DNA of 63,692 nt, filler included, from Octopus bimaculoides (GCF_001194135.2; 6 parts of 4 records of this genome joined end to end with filler, not necessarily neighbours in it), one strand, 5' to 3'. Shown: positions 38,501-52,439, numbered from the whole stretch's first letter. Translations and numbers: made by a program. Notes: generated from the sequence alone by a model not told the origin.

Positions 38501-38557
<57 letters not shown>

Positions 38558-38859
38558 GCAACAAAATACACACATAACCCGACACACATCTCCACGTTCA
38601 CACACATATACACACGCACACACATACACACACGCACATACACAAACACGCACATATACACATGCACATACACACACACACATAAGCACACACACACACA
38701 CACGCATGCACAAACTCACATACATACACATACATATACATACACACACAATATATACATACATGCACACACACACAGACCTGCACGCACGCACATACCC
38801 ACACATACACACACATACCTCCTTCTTTTGCACTCTCCTGTCTTTGAAAATAACTATTT

Positions 38860-39060
38860 CTTCACCCTTTTCCTTCCGGTCATTTCAATATGTGACCGCG
38901 TGTGTATCGTTGGCGATTTTCTTTCTCCATCTTCTCTTCTTTGGTCTTTTTCTATATTTCTGATGAAGAGCTCTGCTCGAAATGTGAGATCCTCTTTCTT
39001 TTCTTTCCTTTCCTGAGCGTCCAATAACACTATACTTATTCCACGTCCTCACGTTGTTAT
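38860..39060 (+). mobile_element. PLE pseudo-LTR-like fragment with a probably inactive hammerhead motif
   Basis: attt-CTGATGA-A-GAGC-tct-GCTC-GAAA-T-GTG-agat (38956-38990). Core and stem II intact, 4-bp stem I, but the cleavage triplet is GUG. Confidence 0.6.
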
Positions 39061-39096
39061 GTGTGTGTGTGTGTGTGTGTGTATATTATATATATG

Positions 39097-39603
39097 TTCC
39101 AGTGGCATGTAAAATGCATCGTCCGAACATGGTCAATGCCAATGCTCCCTGACTGGCTCACATGCTGGTGGCATGCAAAAGGCACCATTCAAACATGGTT
39201 GATGCCAGGCCCGCCAGACTGGCTCCTGTGTCGGTGGCACATAAAAAGCACCATCCGAACGTGCCCAATGTCAGTGCCCCCTGTCTGACTCCTGTTCCAG
39301 TGACATGTAAAAAGCACTATCCAAACATGATTGATGCCAGGGTTTCCTGATTGGCTCCCATGCTGGTTGGTGGTATGTAAAAATCACCATTTGAACATGG
39401 CCAATGCCAGTTTCCCCTGACTGGCTCCTGTGCTTGTGGCATGTGAAAAGCACCCACTACACTCTCAGAGTGGTTGGTGTTAGGAAGGGCATCCAGCTGT
39501 AGAAACATTGCCAGATTAGATTAGAGCGTGGTGCAGCCTACTGGCTTGCCAGTCCTTAGTCAAACCATCCAACCCATGCCAGCATGGAAAACGGATGTTA
39601 AAC

Positions 39604-39661
<58 letters not shown>
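39097..39661 (+). mobile_element. RTE-LINE 3' UTR with a 65-70-bp tandem array and (GAT)n tail
   Basis: Six gtggca..aaaa.cacc unit starts at 39102-39450, then ttaggaagggcatccagctgtagaaac..gccagcatggaaaacggatgttaaac(gat)n. Confidence 0.85.
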
Positions 39662-39951
39662 NNNNNNNNNNNNNNNNNNNNNNNNNNNNNNNNNNNNNNN
39701 NNNNNNNNNNNNNNNNNNNNNNNNNNNNNNNNNNTATAGTAATTGTATTTGTTATATTAATTTCATGTCTAAAACGCCACTAAAACTCTTCTATATTCGC
39801 CTCATTATTTCAGCTGTTCATGTTAAAGTGGGTTTTTGCCAAATCAATTAGTAACCATCCCAAGAGAATCTACCATATCTGGTATTACATCAAATATATA
39901 GTCAGACAGACAGACAGATAAATAGGTAGATATATAGATCAATAGACAGAC

Positions 39952-40021
<70 letters not shown>

Positions 40022-40133
40022 TGTCAGACAGATAGATAGATAGAAAGATAGATAGATAGATAGGTAGATAGATAGATAGATGGATGGATAGATAGACAGA
40101 CAGACAGACAGATAGATAGATGGAGGGATAGAC

Positions 40134-40164
<31 letters not shown>

Positions 40165-40686
40165 CAGATGAACAGACAGACAAATAGATAGATAAACAAA
40201 CTGACAGACAGATATAATATTAGCTATATTATTAGATATTCAGGTATCAGGAAGAAGAAGAAGAAGAAGAAGAAGAAGAAGAAGAAGAAGAAGAAGAAGA
40301 AGAAGGAGGAGGAGGAGGAGGAGGAGGAGAAGAAGAAGAAGAAGAAGAAGAAGAAGAAGAAGAAGAAGAAGAACAACAACAACAACAACAACAACAACAA
40401 AAATAGCAACAACAACAGCAACACAACAACAACAATAACAGTAGCAGCAGCAGAAATGAAATCAGGAGTTAATTAAAAGTGTCTTTTAATAATCTGTGAG
40501 GAACCGAAGCTTGGAAAGATTCATTAGTTTTGTAGAAATTAACAAGAATTCCAAAAGTTGATGAAAGCTGTTGAAAGTCTTCTCAATAAAACACCAGAAC
40601 AATTTCTTGTAGCAAATCTAATTCGTTATCAAGTTTTACAGATGTGTTTCTCTGTATGTGTGTATATAAATGTATGTGTGTATGTG

Positions 40687-40722
<36 letters not shown>

Positions 40723-41778
40723 TACATACACACATACATGTGTATATGTACATATATGCATACATGAAACGCCACCAGAATAAGTGAAAACAAAAAGCCA
40801 TAAAGTCTTGCAGACGTAAAAAAAAAACATTTTAAATGGCAAATGTTGAAAGTATCAAATAATCTGTAACATATTTGAAGATTAAGGATTTTCACTGTGT
40901 TGGGCCCTTGTTTCAAATGTGAAGATTTATTAAGACTAATGTACAGAATTTGCCATTAATGTGAAGAGTATCGGAACTCTCTGCTGTGTATGGCAATTCT
41001 TCCTTGAAAATTCCTGGAGATGATTACTATAAAGGTTCTTGATGTTCAATCAAAAATTCAACTCTAGATTAATTAATTCATTGACATGTGTTGATTAATT
41101 TTTCATCATACAAGAACTGATGGAATTGGAGGGAAAATAGGCTAGCAGACTATGTGCTTTACAAAATTGATTGTAGAGTAGATACCAACATTATAAACAT
41201 ATTGAAATAGAATCTTTGCATGAGTAAACCTCTACCTATAGATTTAGAAACTGGATTAATGCATAAATCTACCTAAGAAAAGTGAGGGGTCATATTGTGA
41301 GTGTCATAGAATTAAAAATGACTGATTGCACCAAAATCTTAATAAGTAGGGGGTACAATTATTGTGTTGAATAATGAGACAACTCTGGACAGGATTTAGT
41401 TTCATTAGTCCTCTTCAGTGCATACTTAAGCTGTGCCTGTGAGACTGTTATAAAAATAGTAAATGTTTAATGAAGACATGTGAGCAAATGTTTAGGATGT
41501 TCTGCTCACAATCATTATACTATGGATTCAATTCCTGCACAGAGCAACACACTGTAGGTCTTGAGTCAGGCTTTCATTTAATGTTACTCCTATCCAGTCA
41601 GCTCCAGTGAATATCAGCTGGGTCTGGTGCAGTCCCTTTTCCATCAAGCAGTCACATTCTGAATCTGCTACTGGATGAGGGAACTGAAAAGGTGTCTACG
41701 TCTACTTGTGATGACATAGGTATTTAAAACACTTCACAACATCATGGTATGTGCCATTAAGCCAGATTTGCTCACACA

Positions 41779-41809
<31 letters not shown>

Positions 41810-42339
41810 TGCACATTATTACATGCAAAAAGTCATAGTAGCAATAAAATACAGTGACCAACAAAAATTATCCACAGACGCCATAGTAAGGAAAATAAGG
41901 ATAATCTTCAACGTTACTGATGAATACATCACATCCAGATCGTTTTATAAGTTATTCCATCCTTAGCAAACAGTCTGACCCACAGCCATTTTTGTTACTA
42001 TAACTGAAAATCTTTGTTGAAACATTTTTTAAATGAATAATGAATGAATATCGTTTAAACCAATTTAATTCCATTAATACTTCCATTTTCATTTATATGT
42101 CTTTCTAACATTTTGTTTATATTCATTGGTAGTTTATTTCAAATATGGATATAGTTGTATTTTATTTCTGTTATCCCTTGCTACTCAAAGTTTTAATTTA
42201 CAATTTCACCTTCAAAGTAATATCATTATATTCATATTACACAATTTCATTGTATTGAGTACTTTTTTCATCTTTGGATTGTTTACACTGATGTGTATTT
42301 TCTTCATATATAAACATACATGTATGTGTCTCTTCTATT

Positions 42340-43200
42340 TTTTAATTATTATAAATCTTCCACTGAGGAGGGAACTGGTTTCCAACAAAGATACAAGGTT
42401 CCATCCTTGGGATGTAGCTAACACAGACAAATTCACATTTGGAACTTGAGAAAAGTCTTACATATTTTTACTGTCCCACTCACAGATTGCACTTGTAATG
42501 TACGAATCAGCCAGTTGATTTCTCCTTCTGAAAATCCCAGTTTATCCAGATTCTCCTTTAAGCATTTACTAACAAAACCTAATGCTCCAATTATTATTGG
42601 TATGAATATGAATTCATAGTCTGGATATAGAAGCTGGAGGTTTTGAAGCAGTTGTCCATAGATATACTCTTTTTCTTTGATTTTCAAAGAGATATTTATA
42701 TCTGCAGGGCAGCTAACCTCTATGATGGTTCATACNNNNNNNNNNNNNNNNNNNNNNNNNNNNNNNNNNNNNNNNNNNNNNNNNNNNNNNNNNNNNNNNN
42801 NNNNNNNNNNNNNNNNNNNNNNNNNNNNNNNNNNNNNNNNNNNNNNNNNNNNNNNNNNNNNNNNNNNNNNNNNNNNNNCCTTGAGTTGGTGTTTATGAAT
42901 GTATTCCATAACAGAGGGATTATCTAAGTTTATTTCAGAATGGTCTTTTTTGTGGATGGCATTGTAAATTGTTTTAGCAAAAACATTGTGCTGCATAGGG
43001 AGGTAGTACCATGTTGACATTTTAGGACAGCTGCTAATCACATGTGTAATGTCTTCAACAGAAACATGACATAGCCTACACATGTGGTTGCACCTTGGGA
43101 TTACAAGAGCATCATTGTATCTCTTTTCCACCAGGTACTTTGTGGCAATCTCCTGTTACTGAATTGCAAACGCATAGCCTTCAAAGAGTGATGTGATGTT
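42340..43200 (-). pseudogene. RLE-LINE 3' region (CCHC finger + RLE C-terminus), gap-interrupted
   Basis: FEGYAFAIQ*QEIATKYLVEKRY..CRLCHVSVEDITHVISSCPKMS (CX2CX8HX4C) and YGQLLQNLQLLYPDYEFIFIPIIIGALG..VSGTVKICKTFLKF. Confidence 0.9.
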
Positions 43201-43711
43201 GTCGTCTTGTGTAGCATATGTTTTGTGAATTTACTTGACCATAGAGATGAAACCATACCTCATCACTCATTATGTACAGGAATGGGTGTAGCTCACCAAA
43301 AGCAATGCTATTCAGAAGCCATGTGCAGTAATTTACTCGTTTGTTTTTGTCATTCACTTTTAATTGTTGTAAATATGTGAAATGATATGACTTTCATCTT
43401 TAGACATTTTAACACTTGTTGGCCACATGGCCTCCTGCTTATGTGAGACTGTTGCACCAAATTGACTTCTTTGAACTTCAAGTAATCCTTTGGCAAATGT
43501 CCTGAATAACTTCTGGTGTTCAAACTGTAGGGTCACTTTGTCTTGGGGTGTTGTGCACTGGCCCTGTAACATGCCTCTTCTTAACCAATCATTCTTTTTG
43601 CCAGTAAGTCTTTACTCAGAAACTTGACTTCAAACATTTCATTTTGTTTAACAGAACCCATTCTCTCATATATTCTTCCACAATCTCCACTCTTTCTGCT
43701 ACAGAGTACAT
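43200..43711 (-). pseudogene. IS630-Tc1-mariner (rosa/maT-like) transposase 5' half, decayed
   Basis: MYSVAERVEIVEEYM.. and DKNKRVNYCTWLL..LYIMSEVWFHLYGQVNSQN match the SDEAWFHL.G.VN.QN motif. Confidence 0.7.
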
Positions 43712-44384
43712 CTTCTTGCAGAAAAATTTAGAGGTGTTCACTCGATGCAATATTACAAACAACAAATGTGACAAGGACACAGTGAGGATAATGTAGCAAA
43801 CAGTTGACTAGTGTGCCATCTTTGTTCACAATGATACTTGCAAATGAAAGGCTGGGTGCTTTTTTTTTTAAAATTTACTTCTATATTTACATACAAGTTT
43901 ACTTTATCGTGTGCCACTCTGTATAAGGTTTTGTTACATATAAGTATTATATATAAGGTTATATTAAATGAGGAATTCTAAGTAGCAGTATATACATAAT
44001 ATACACACATATATATATATATGAATATATGTGTACAGAGTGTTCAAGATAAATTTTACGATTGTTTATGTCCCTTGTTTTCAAGAACATCTTGATGCAT
44101 TGGTGGTGAGTCAAAGATGCTGGAGAACTCTTGTAATTGAGAAAAAATTTAGCAGACATGGAGGACTGGAAGCCATCTGTATATTGGAAAAGAGTTGCTT
44201 ATATTAATTAGGATGGTTGACACCAGGTATCAAAATGCCGACATCATGACTGCTGCTCAATGCTCTGTGAACTCTGTAAATGCTGTAAAATATGACACAG
44301 ACAGCTGCAACAGAGATTGTGAAGTTGTGGTCAGCAGGAAGGAACACAGGAGATGTTCTGACAGTTCCTGCTTGCCGGGATTCA

Positions 44385-44600
44385 TTGTCTCATCCACTTT
44401 CCATGCTGGCATGGGTTGGACGGTTTGACTGAGGACTGGTGAGCCAGAGGCTGCACCAGGCTCAATTTGATCTGGTAGAGTTTCTACAGTTGGGTGCCCT
44501 TCCTAATGCCAGCCACTCTGAGAGTGTAGTGGGTGCTTTTACATGCCACCGGCACGAGGGCCAATCAGGCGGTTCTGGCAACGACCATGGTAGTGATCAT
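44385..44600 (-). mobile_element. RTE-LINE 3' UTR copy
   Basis: Reverse complement of the 39097-39661 family with about one array unit. Confidence 0.85.
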
Positions 44601-45458
44601 AGAGTGCATAATAATGATGGTGTAGTGTGTGCAGGTTGAAGGCTATTGTTTGTTTATGAATTCTGCCAAATGCAAGCTTTCTTTTCAGGTACATAACGCT
44701 GCTGTCCCTCATCCCAGGGTCTCACAGGCCCACACCTCCCACACCCTCAGGTGTTAAGCCTTTAGAAGTGTTCATGGGAGACAACCAAAGGATGACATAG
44801 GATAGGGACTTCCAGCACAGGTGGTGGGGTGGGAGGGTGTGTGTACCGCGAGATGGCAGAATTAGACAAGAGCATCTTTTGGATTTGTATTCTTTCGGGG
44901 GGAGTTATTAAAATGTAGGGGAATCTGAGTGCATGCGCTAGTTTATATAGAGTGGAGGAGGGGAGAAGTGTTGGTAAAGCAAGTGGTAATCGAAACAGAG
45001 AGAGACAGAGTGAGGCACAGAGAGAGAAGGGGCCAGAGTTAGGGTGGTCAGGGATAGAATACAAGGGAGAAAAATATTCTTTTGGGATTTTGGGTAACAT
45101 AATTTAATGAAACAGCAAATGCTGATAATAGTGAAATAGAATTGAAAAATCTTAGAATTTTCGGTCAGCCAATCTGTGACATAATTAAAGAAATAAGTGA
45201 TGATGTGACAAACTTGATTAAATGATGAATATGGATACGCTTGAAGGAACTTAAGTTTGTGTTAAGACAACAGCGAGGAAGACAAAACTGCATTTAAACT
45301 ATGTTTACATGATAATGAAACAGATAGAATAATGAGAAGAACTAATGAGGGGTTTATGATCTGGGCAGAAATAGAGGGGTAGATGAACGAGGTTGAAAAA
45401 ACAAAATTTCTTATCTGGGCATCTTCTGGATTCGTATTCTTTCGGAGGAGTTATATAT

Positions 45459-45557
<99 letters not shown>

Positions 45558-45714
45558 TATATACACATATATATATACATATATATATATATATACACAT
45601 ATATATATACATATATATATATACATATATATATTTATATATACGATGAGGATGATGATATATATGTATGTAAATATATATATACCCATTGGAATGCTGT
45701 GTAAAGAAGTGATG

Positions 45715-46140
45715 ATCTCTAATTGTAGAGAGTATCTGTAGAAGAAGTAGACCCAGAAAGACACAGGACAAGGTGGTGAAGCACGATCTTCAAACGTTGG
45801 ACCTCACGGAAGTGATGACAAGCAACTGGGACCTTTGGTGATATGCTGTGTTTGAGAAGAACTGTCAAGTCAAGTGAAATTCTAGTCATGGCCGATGCCA
45901 GTGTAATGTAATTAGCACCTTTGCCAGTGGTACATAAAAACACCTGTGCCGATGACATGTATAAAGCACCCATTACACTCTTGCAGTGGTTGGCATTAGG
46001 AAAGGCATCCAGCTGTAGAAACCATGACAAATCAAACTGGGATCTGGTGCAGCTCTGTGGCTTACCAGTTCCAGTCTTACCCATGCCAGCATGGAAAACA
46101 GATACTAAATGATGATAAGGACGATGAGGATGATGATATA
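45715..46140 (+). mobile_element. RTE-LINE 3' end (ORF C-terminus + UTR + GAT tail)
   Basis: ..[33 protein letters not shown], then the shared UTR. Confidence 0.85.
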
Positions 46141-46217
46141 TGTACATATATATACATGTGTATGTGTCTATATATATAATATACATACAGTATATTTTAT
46201 ATATATACTATTTTATA

Positions 46218-46311
<94 letters not shown>

Positions 46312-46585
46312 NNNNNNNNNNNNATATATACATATATATATACACACACACATCAATCATGGGGAAATAATAAGTAAAATTTCACAAAATAGCAGAAAGA
46401 AATGAAGATGGAAAAGAATTGAAATTAAATAGATTCATTGATGACATAGCAATGATGTATGTGTAATTAGTTCATTATATCTGGTCTTCATAATTACCTT
46501 CCACCATCCCACATAAAAGGATATCAATTACCAATTAATGCCCTAAATTATTTAGTATTGACCGAAAACATTCGATAGAAGTGAG

Positions 46586-46665
<80 letters not shown>

Positions 46666-46798
46666 TAAAGAGACAGAAAGAGAGAGTCAGGCAGACAGAC
46701 AAACTGATTATCAGAGAAACACCCATAATTTAATGGCTACATATGAAGACAGCACAACCAAGACAAAAATTGCCCAAATTATACAAATGGACATCTTA

Positions 46799-46837
<39 letters not shown>

Positions 46838-47354
46838 CGTGCATGTACGTATGCATGTATATATGTGTATGAAAGAAAACATGGGTGTCAGGAAAAGGAA
46901 AAGACAAAGATATAGACAAAGGATTTAGAGGAAATGTTTATAAGTTGAAATTAATGAGATTCTGAATGGGAAATGTGAAGTTGCCCTGTGAGACAGAAAT
47001 GTTAGAGAGTAGGATTTAGTTGTACGGAATGTGAAGTTGTTCTGTAATACAGGGATTATTATACAACACACACAATATTGTATTTGAATTATATACAATG
47101 TAAAGAATAGCCAATACATTATGTAGAATTATAGATATTTAATTATATCTGCTATTCAATTATATCTTCTGAAAATTGCATATTTAGACTGAAACTTTAA
47201 GTAAAAGAAAACTTGTCTACTTAAAACTATTATTTTATTAGACATGGATTTCCAGTCTCAAGACACTGAAGCTCATGAAGGAGATGACAAAGGACCAAAA
47301 TATTTGGTTCCTTGCTGTACTCAGGAACCACCTGTCTACCACAGCAGAATTGAT

Positions 47355-47550
47355 ACTGTGCTGGCACCAAGTAAAATGTATCCAGTACACTTTGTAAAGT
47401 GGTTGGCATTAGGAAGGGCATCCAGCTGTAGAAACCAAACCAAAATAGGCTCTAGAACCTGGTGTAGCTCCTGATTTTGCCAGATCCAAGCTGCTCAAAC
47501 CATGCCAGAATGGAAAATGGACATTAAATGATGATGATGATGATGATATA
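47355..47550 (+). mobile_element. RTE-LINE 3' UTR fragment
   Basis: ggttggcattaggaagggcatccagctgtagaaac..catgccagaatggaaaatggacattaaatgatgat. Confidence 0.85.
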
Positions 47551-47614
47551 GGTTTGTGCATGTGTGTATGTATGCATATAAGTGGATGTTTATATGTATG
47601 CATGATAATGAAAC

Positions 47615-47985
47615 ATGGGTCCTGAATGCAGAAGACATGCAAAACAAGAGAAGAGTGAAATTAATTTACTCCATTGGATGCACAATATTGGATGCACAAT
47701 ATTGGTGTGTATTTATGACAAAGTGCAAATGTATTGAAAGAAAAATTAGGCTTGAGAGGAATCGGATGTTTTGTGCAAAAGAGAAGACAGCGCTGGTATG
47801 GTGATGTGATACATATGGTTGAGGAGAGTTGCATGAAGAAGTGCCGATCACTTAAAATGGAAGGAGCATGTTGAAGTGTGGGGGGGGGGGGGCTAAGGAA
47901 GAAATGGAGCAAAATAATGGAAGCAGATCTTTAAATCATGAGTCTCACAAAGATGACAAAGAACTGAGAAGAATGGCGATTCATT
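47615..47985 (+). pseudogene. Decayed RTE ORF C-terminal fragment
   Basis: ETWVLNAEDM..KLGLRGI..QKRRQRWYGDVIHMVEESCMKKC with frameshifts. Confidence 0.75.
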
Positions 47986-48468
47986 ATGCTCAACACTGCA
48001 AAAAATGATACCTCAGAAGCATTCTGTTTAGGCTTGTAAACCATTCTACTCTCTCAAACACTCTCTAACACCTCATTCCCCTAACACCCAGCCCTCCATG
48101 ATGCTTTCGTCTATGGCACTACTCAGTGGTTGTAATCGAGAGCAGAATTGGTAAATATCACTTCATCCATTTCCTTTGCTCCACTAGATACCTTCTCCTT
48201 CTCCCTGGAGCCTCCCATCTTCCATTCTCTTCTTCCCTTACATTCTCACACAATTTTCATCAAACACTTCCTTTCTGTGCTTTTCTGCCTCACTCCATCT
48301 TATCACCTCACATATCTATTATCATTTTCAACACCCTCCCATACACTCAACCATGTTCCATTCATTATATGCACCTTTATGTACCCCTACATCCCCCTCT
48401 TCACTGATTCCACACTTTGCACATAACTTAACCCCTACCTTATGATCAATCCTCTTTTCTGGACCTCT

Positions 48469-48540
<72 letters not shown>

Positions 48541-48555
48541 NNNNNNNNNNNNNNN

Positions 48556-48613
<58 letters not shown>

Positions 48614-48877
48614 ACACACACACACGCACACACAGACACATTACTCCCTCTCCATACTGTACTTCCCATCAACCACCTTGAGCTCCTGCTGTCTAAGGCC
48701 TCAGATGAGTCTACATGATAGCAAACCTCAAACAAGGGTGACAATATCAAACTCTCTCATCTAAATCAGTTTAAATTATATATATATATATCTTATACTT
48801 TAAAAAGAGAAGTGGCGACAGTGACTTTGAAGTTCTGTGCAGGTGATCTTTTGTGATTTATATACATTAGTGTGTAT

Positions 48878-49985
48878 ATCATCATTGTCATTTAATGTCT
48901 TCTTTCTATGCTGGTATGGGTTGGATGGTTTGACTGAGGGCTGGCGAGCCAGATGGCTGCACCAGGCTCCAATTTTATCTGGCAAGGTTTCTACAGTTGG
49001 ATGCCCTTCCTAACACCAACCACTCCAAGAGTGTAGTGGGTGCTTTTACATGCCACCGGCATGAGGGCCAGTCAGGCGGTACTAGCATCAGCTACTCTTA
49101 AATGGTGCTTTTTACATGCCAACTGCACAGGAGCCACAGTCAGGCAGCACTGGCAATGACCACGCTTGAATGGTGTTTTTTACGTGCCACCGGCACAGGA
49201 GCCAGTCGGACGATGCTGGCAATGAACCCGTTCAAATGGTGCTTTTTACATGCCACGGGCAAGGGAGCCAGTCAGCGGCCCTGGCAATAATCATGCACGA
49301 ATGGTGCTTTTTATGTGCCACTGGCATGGGAGCCAGTCAGTGGCCTTGACAATGATTATGCTTGAATGGTGCTTTTAACTTTCCACTGGCACGGGTACCA
49401 ACCAGGAAGTACTGTCATCGGTCACAGCAACGATTTCACTTGCCTCAACAGGTCTTCGCAAGCATAGTTTATTGTCCAATGATTGAAGGGTACTCTTAAA
49501 TGGACTGGTTATACAGCACTGGCATAAGCTATGGTTATGGTCTCACTTGGCTTGTTGGGTCTTCTCAAGCACAGCATATTTCCAAAGGTCTTGGTCACTT
49601 GTTATCACCTCCATGAAGCCTAATGTTTGAAGGTCGTGCTTCACCACCTCATCCCAGGTTTTCCTGGGTCTACCTCTTCCACAGGTTTCCTCAACTTTTT
49701 CACACAGCTATCCTCATCCATTCTCGCCACATGACCATACCAGCACAATCGTCTCTCTTGCACACCACATCTGATGCTTTTTAGGTCCAGCTTTTCTCTC
49801 AGGGTGCTTACACTCTGTTTTGTATGCACACTGACATTACACATCCAACGGAGCATACTGGCTTCACTCCTTACAAGCTTACATGTGTCCTCAGCAGTCA
49901 CGGCCCATGTTTCACTACCATGTAGCATGGCTGTTCATATACATGTGTCATACAGTCTCTGCCTTTCACTCTGAGCGAGAGGCCC
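48878..49985 (-). mobile_element. 5'-truncated RTE-LINE: RT C-terminus + UTR with six-unit array
   Basis: [50 protein letters not shown]. Array at 49035-49390; tail at 48878-48890. Confidence 0.9.
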
Positions 49986-50019
49986 TTTGTCACTAGATGT
50001 GTGTGTGTGTGTGTGTGTG

Positions 50020-50087
<68 letters not shown>

Positions 50088-50617
50088 TATGTGTATATAT
50101 GTATATGTATGTATATATGTATATATAAATATATGTGTGTGTGTGTGTGTGTGTATTTGTATATATATATATATATATATATATGTATTATTTATATGTA
50201 TTATATATATATATATATATGTATATATATGTATGTATATATAAATATGTGTTTGTGTGTGTGTGTGTAGGGAAAATTAAGGTAAACTCAAGTATAGATT
50301 ATTAGTTTCTATGTCTGTTTCTTTATTCTGGTTAAATGCTCAGTTCCAAAGAACTGCAAAAATAGCAAAATGTATGTCGGAACTAATAATTTATATTGGT
50401 GCGCATATTGATTTCCCACCACATCTACTCTTTACATCATAACTAGTAACATTACTATGTACAGTGGTTGACTAATCACTGTACTGGAAGCCGACTGGAT
50501 GATGATCATCTGTCTGGAGCTCTAACTCATACAGTAGGAGTCATACATATAACTGTACACATCATCATCATCACCATCATCATCATCATTTAACGTTCAT
50601 TCCCAATACTGGTATGG

Positions 50618-50719
<102 letters not shown>

Positions 50720-50731
50720 GTATATGTTTAT

Positions 50732-50767
<36 letters not shown>

Positions 50768-51372
50768 TATCTTTTGAAACAGCAGAGTTTGATTTGAAAG
50801 AAATTTGGCTTTTATTTTTAGCAGATCAACTGACCAAGTAGGGCTCCTTCTGTTGAACACAGGATCCAGCCAACTTACATTGGCAGTGGAGTTGGATCGT
50901 GATATAGCAAGCAGTTCAAATGGTCATCCACGAGAAAACCAGTCTTTCTTTCTCTCCATTCCTTTTTGTCTCCCTCTCTTTCCTTCTCTCTTTCTTTGTT
51001 CCTTTTACCTTTTCTATTTCATTGAATCAGACAAGTGACTAGTGTGAGAGGTGGTTAGTATAAGAGGCAGTGTGAAGTATGGGTTATTTAGGGAGGGTGT
51101 GCTAGGAGGTGGTAGGAAAGGCTGGTTTTGGTTACATATATATTGATATACTTACGTAAGCTCCATTAAATAAGGATTTCACAGATCCCCTGCATTTTTC
51201 TTCATTGATTTGATTTCTAAGATATAAATAGGTTTATTTTTATTTGTACTCCATCTTTAATGAATACCAACTATTTAAAAATGTGTTACTATATATATAT
51301 ATAAATACATACATACATACATATATATATCCACATAATTATATATATACAACCATAAATATCTATATATAA

Positions 51373-51442
<70 letters not shown>

Positions 51443-51570
51443 TGTTATATGTATATATATATGTAAATTTATATATATATATATATATATATATGTATTT
51501 ACTTGGAGAATGGAGCGATCGAGGCAAACCTACCACTTACCTATATAAATATATATATATATATACATAT

Positions 51571-51927
51571 ATAATGTGAGGAAATAGAGAGGTACTTAAT
51601 AAATTACTATTTATTACTTAAAACATTGACAAAAATCCCTTACAACTGTTTCATTTCCTGACCTTCAGAAAATTAATTAATTCAATTAAAAATTATTTCA
51701 ATGTTGAATCTCATCAGAAGTAGATAAAGGTATATTCAACATGTAGGAATTGAACACCTATTTTGCATATCTTTATCTATCTCTGAAGAGATTTGATTTT
51801 CAAATAATTTTTTATTTAATTAATTAATTTTCTGAAGGTCTGGAATTGAAACACCTGTAAGGGATGTTTGTCAATTTTTTAATTAATAAATAATAATTTA
51901 TTAATTACATCTCTATTTTCTCATTAT
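51571..51927. repeat. About 357-bp imperfect palindrome inserted in (TA)n
   Basis: 51571-51738 pairs with the reverse complement of about 51762-51927. Confidence 0.85.
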
Positions 51928-52189
51928 AATAAATAAATATATATAAACCACGGTTTATATAGTTACCTTGTAGTTGGAGTATTAAATATAATGTTCAATA
52001 TTCTTTGTATAGGTAACTAACCAATATTTTCATAGGATTTTGCTATCCCTGGATGAAGTTTGTAACCTTTAATTTTGCTTGTGTGTGTGTGTATACACAC
52101 ACACACACACACATATATAGATAGATATAGATATATAGACACATACATATATATATACATACATTTATATATATACATATATACATCAT

Positions 52190-52258
52190 ACAACGTGGAA
52201 GACAATTGGAGATTTCTGCGGGACAACCTGTTGAAAGCCACCGACCAGATTTGTGGGT
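52190..52258 (+). pseudogene. RTE ORF internal fragment cut by gap
   Basis: NVEDNWRFLRDNLLKATDQICG resembles the RTE EN-RT linker (W......A...CG). Confidence 0.6.
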
Positions 52259-52358
52259 NNNNNNNNNNNNNNNNNNNNNNNNNNNNNNNNNNNNNNNNNN
52301 NNTTAATTAATTAANNNNNNNNNNNNNNNNNNNNNNNNNNNNNNNNNNNNNNNNNNNN

Positions 52359-52399
<41 letters not shown>

Positions 52400-52439
52400 G
52401 TATGTGTGTGTGTGTGCGTGTGTGCGTGTGTATTTATGT

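Noticed and set aside
45195-45250. Box C/D snoRNA-like TGATGA repeats
   Set aside because: Both D boxes would be TTGA, the unit is too short and no guide complementarity is recognisable.
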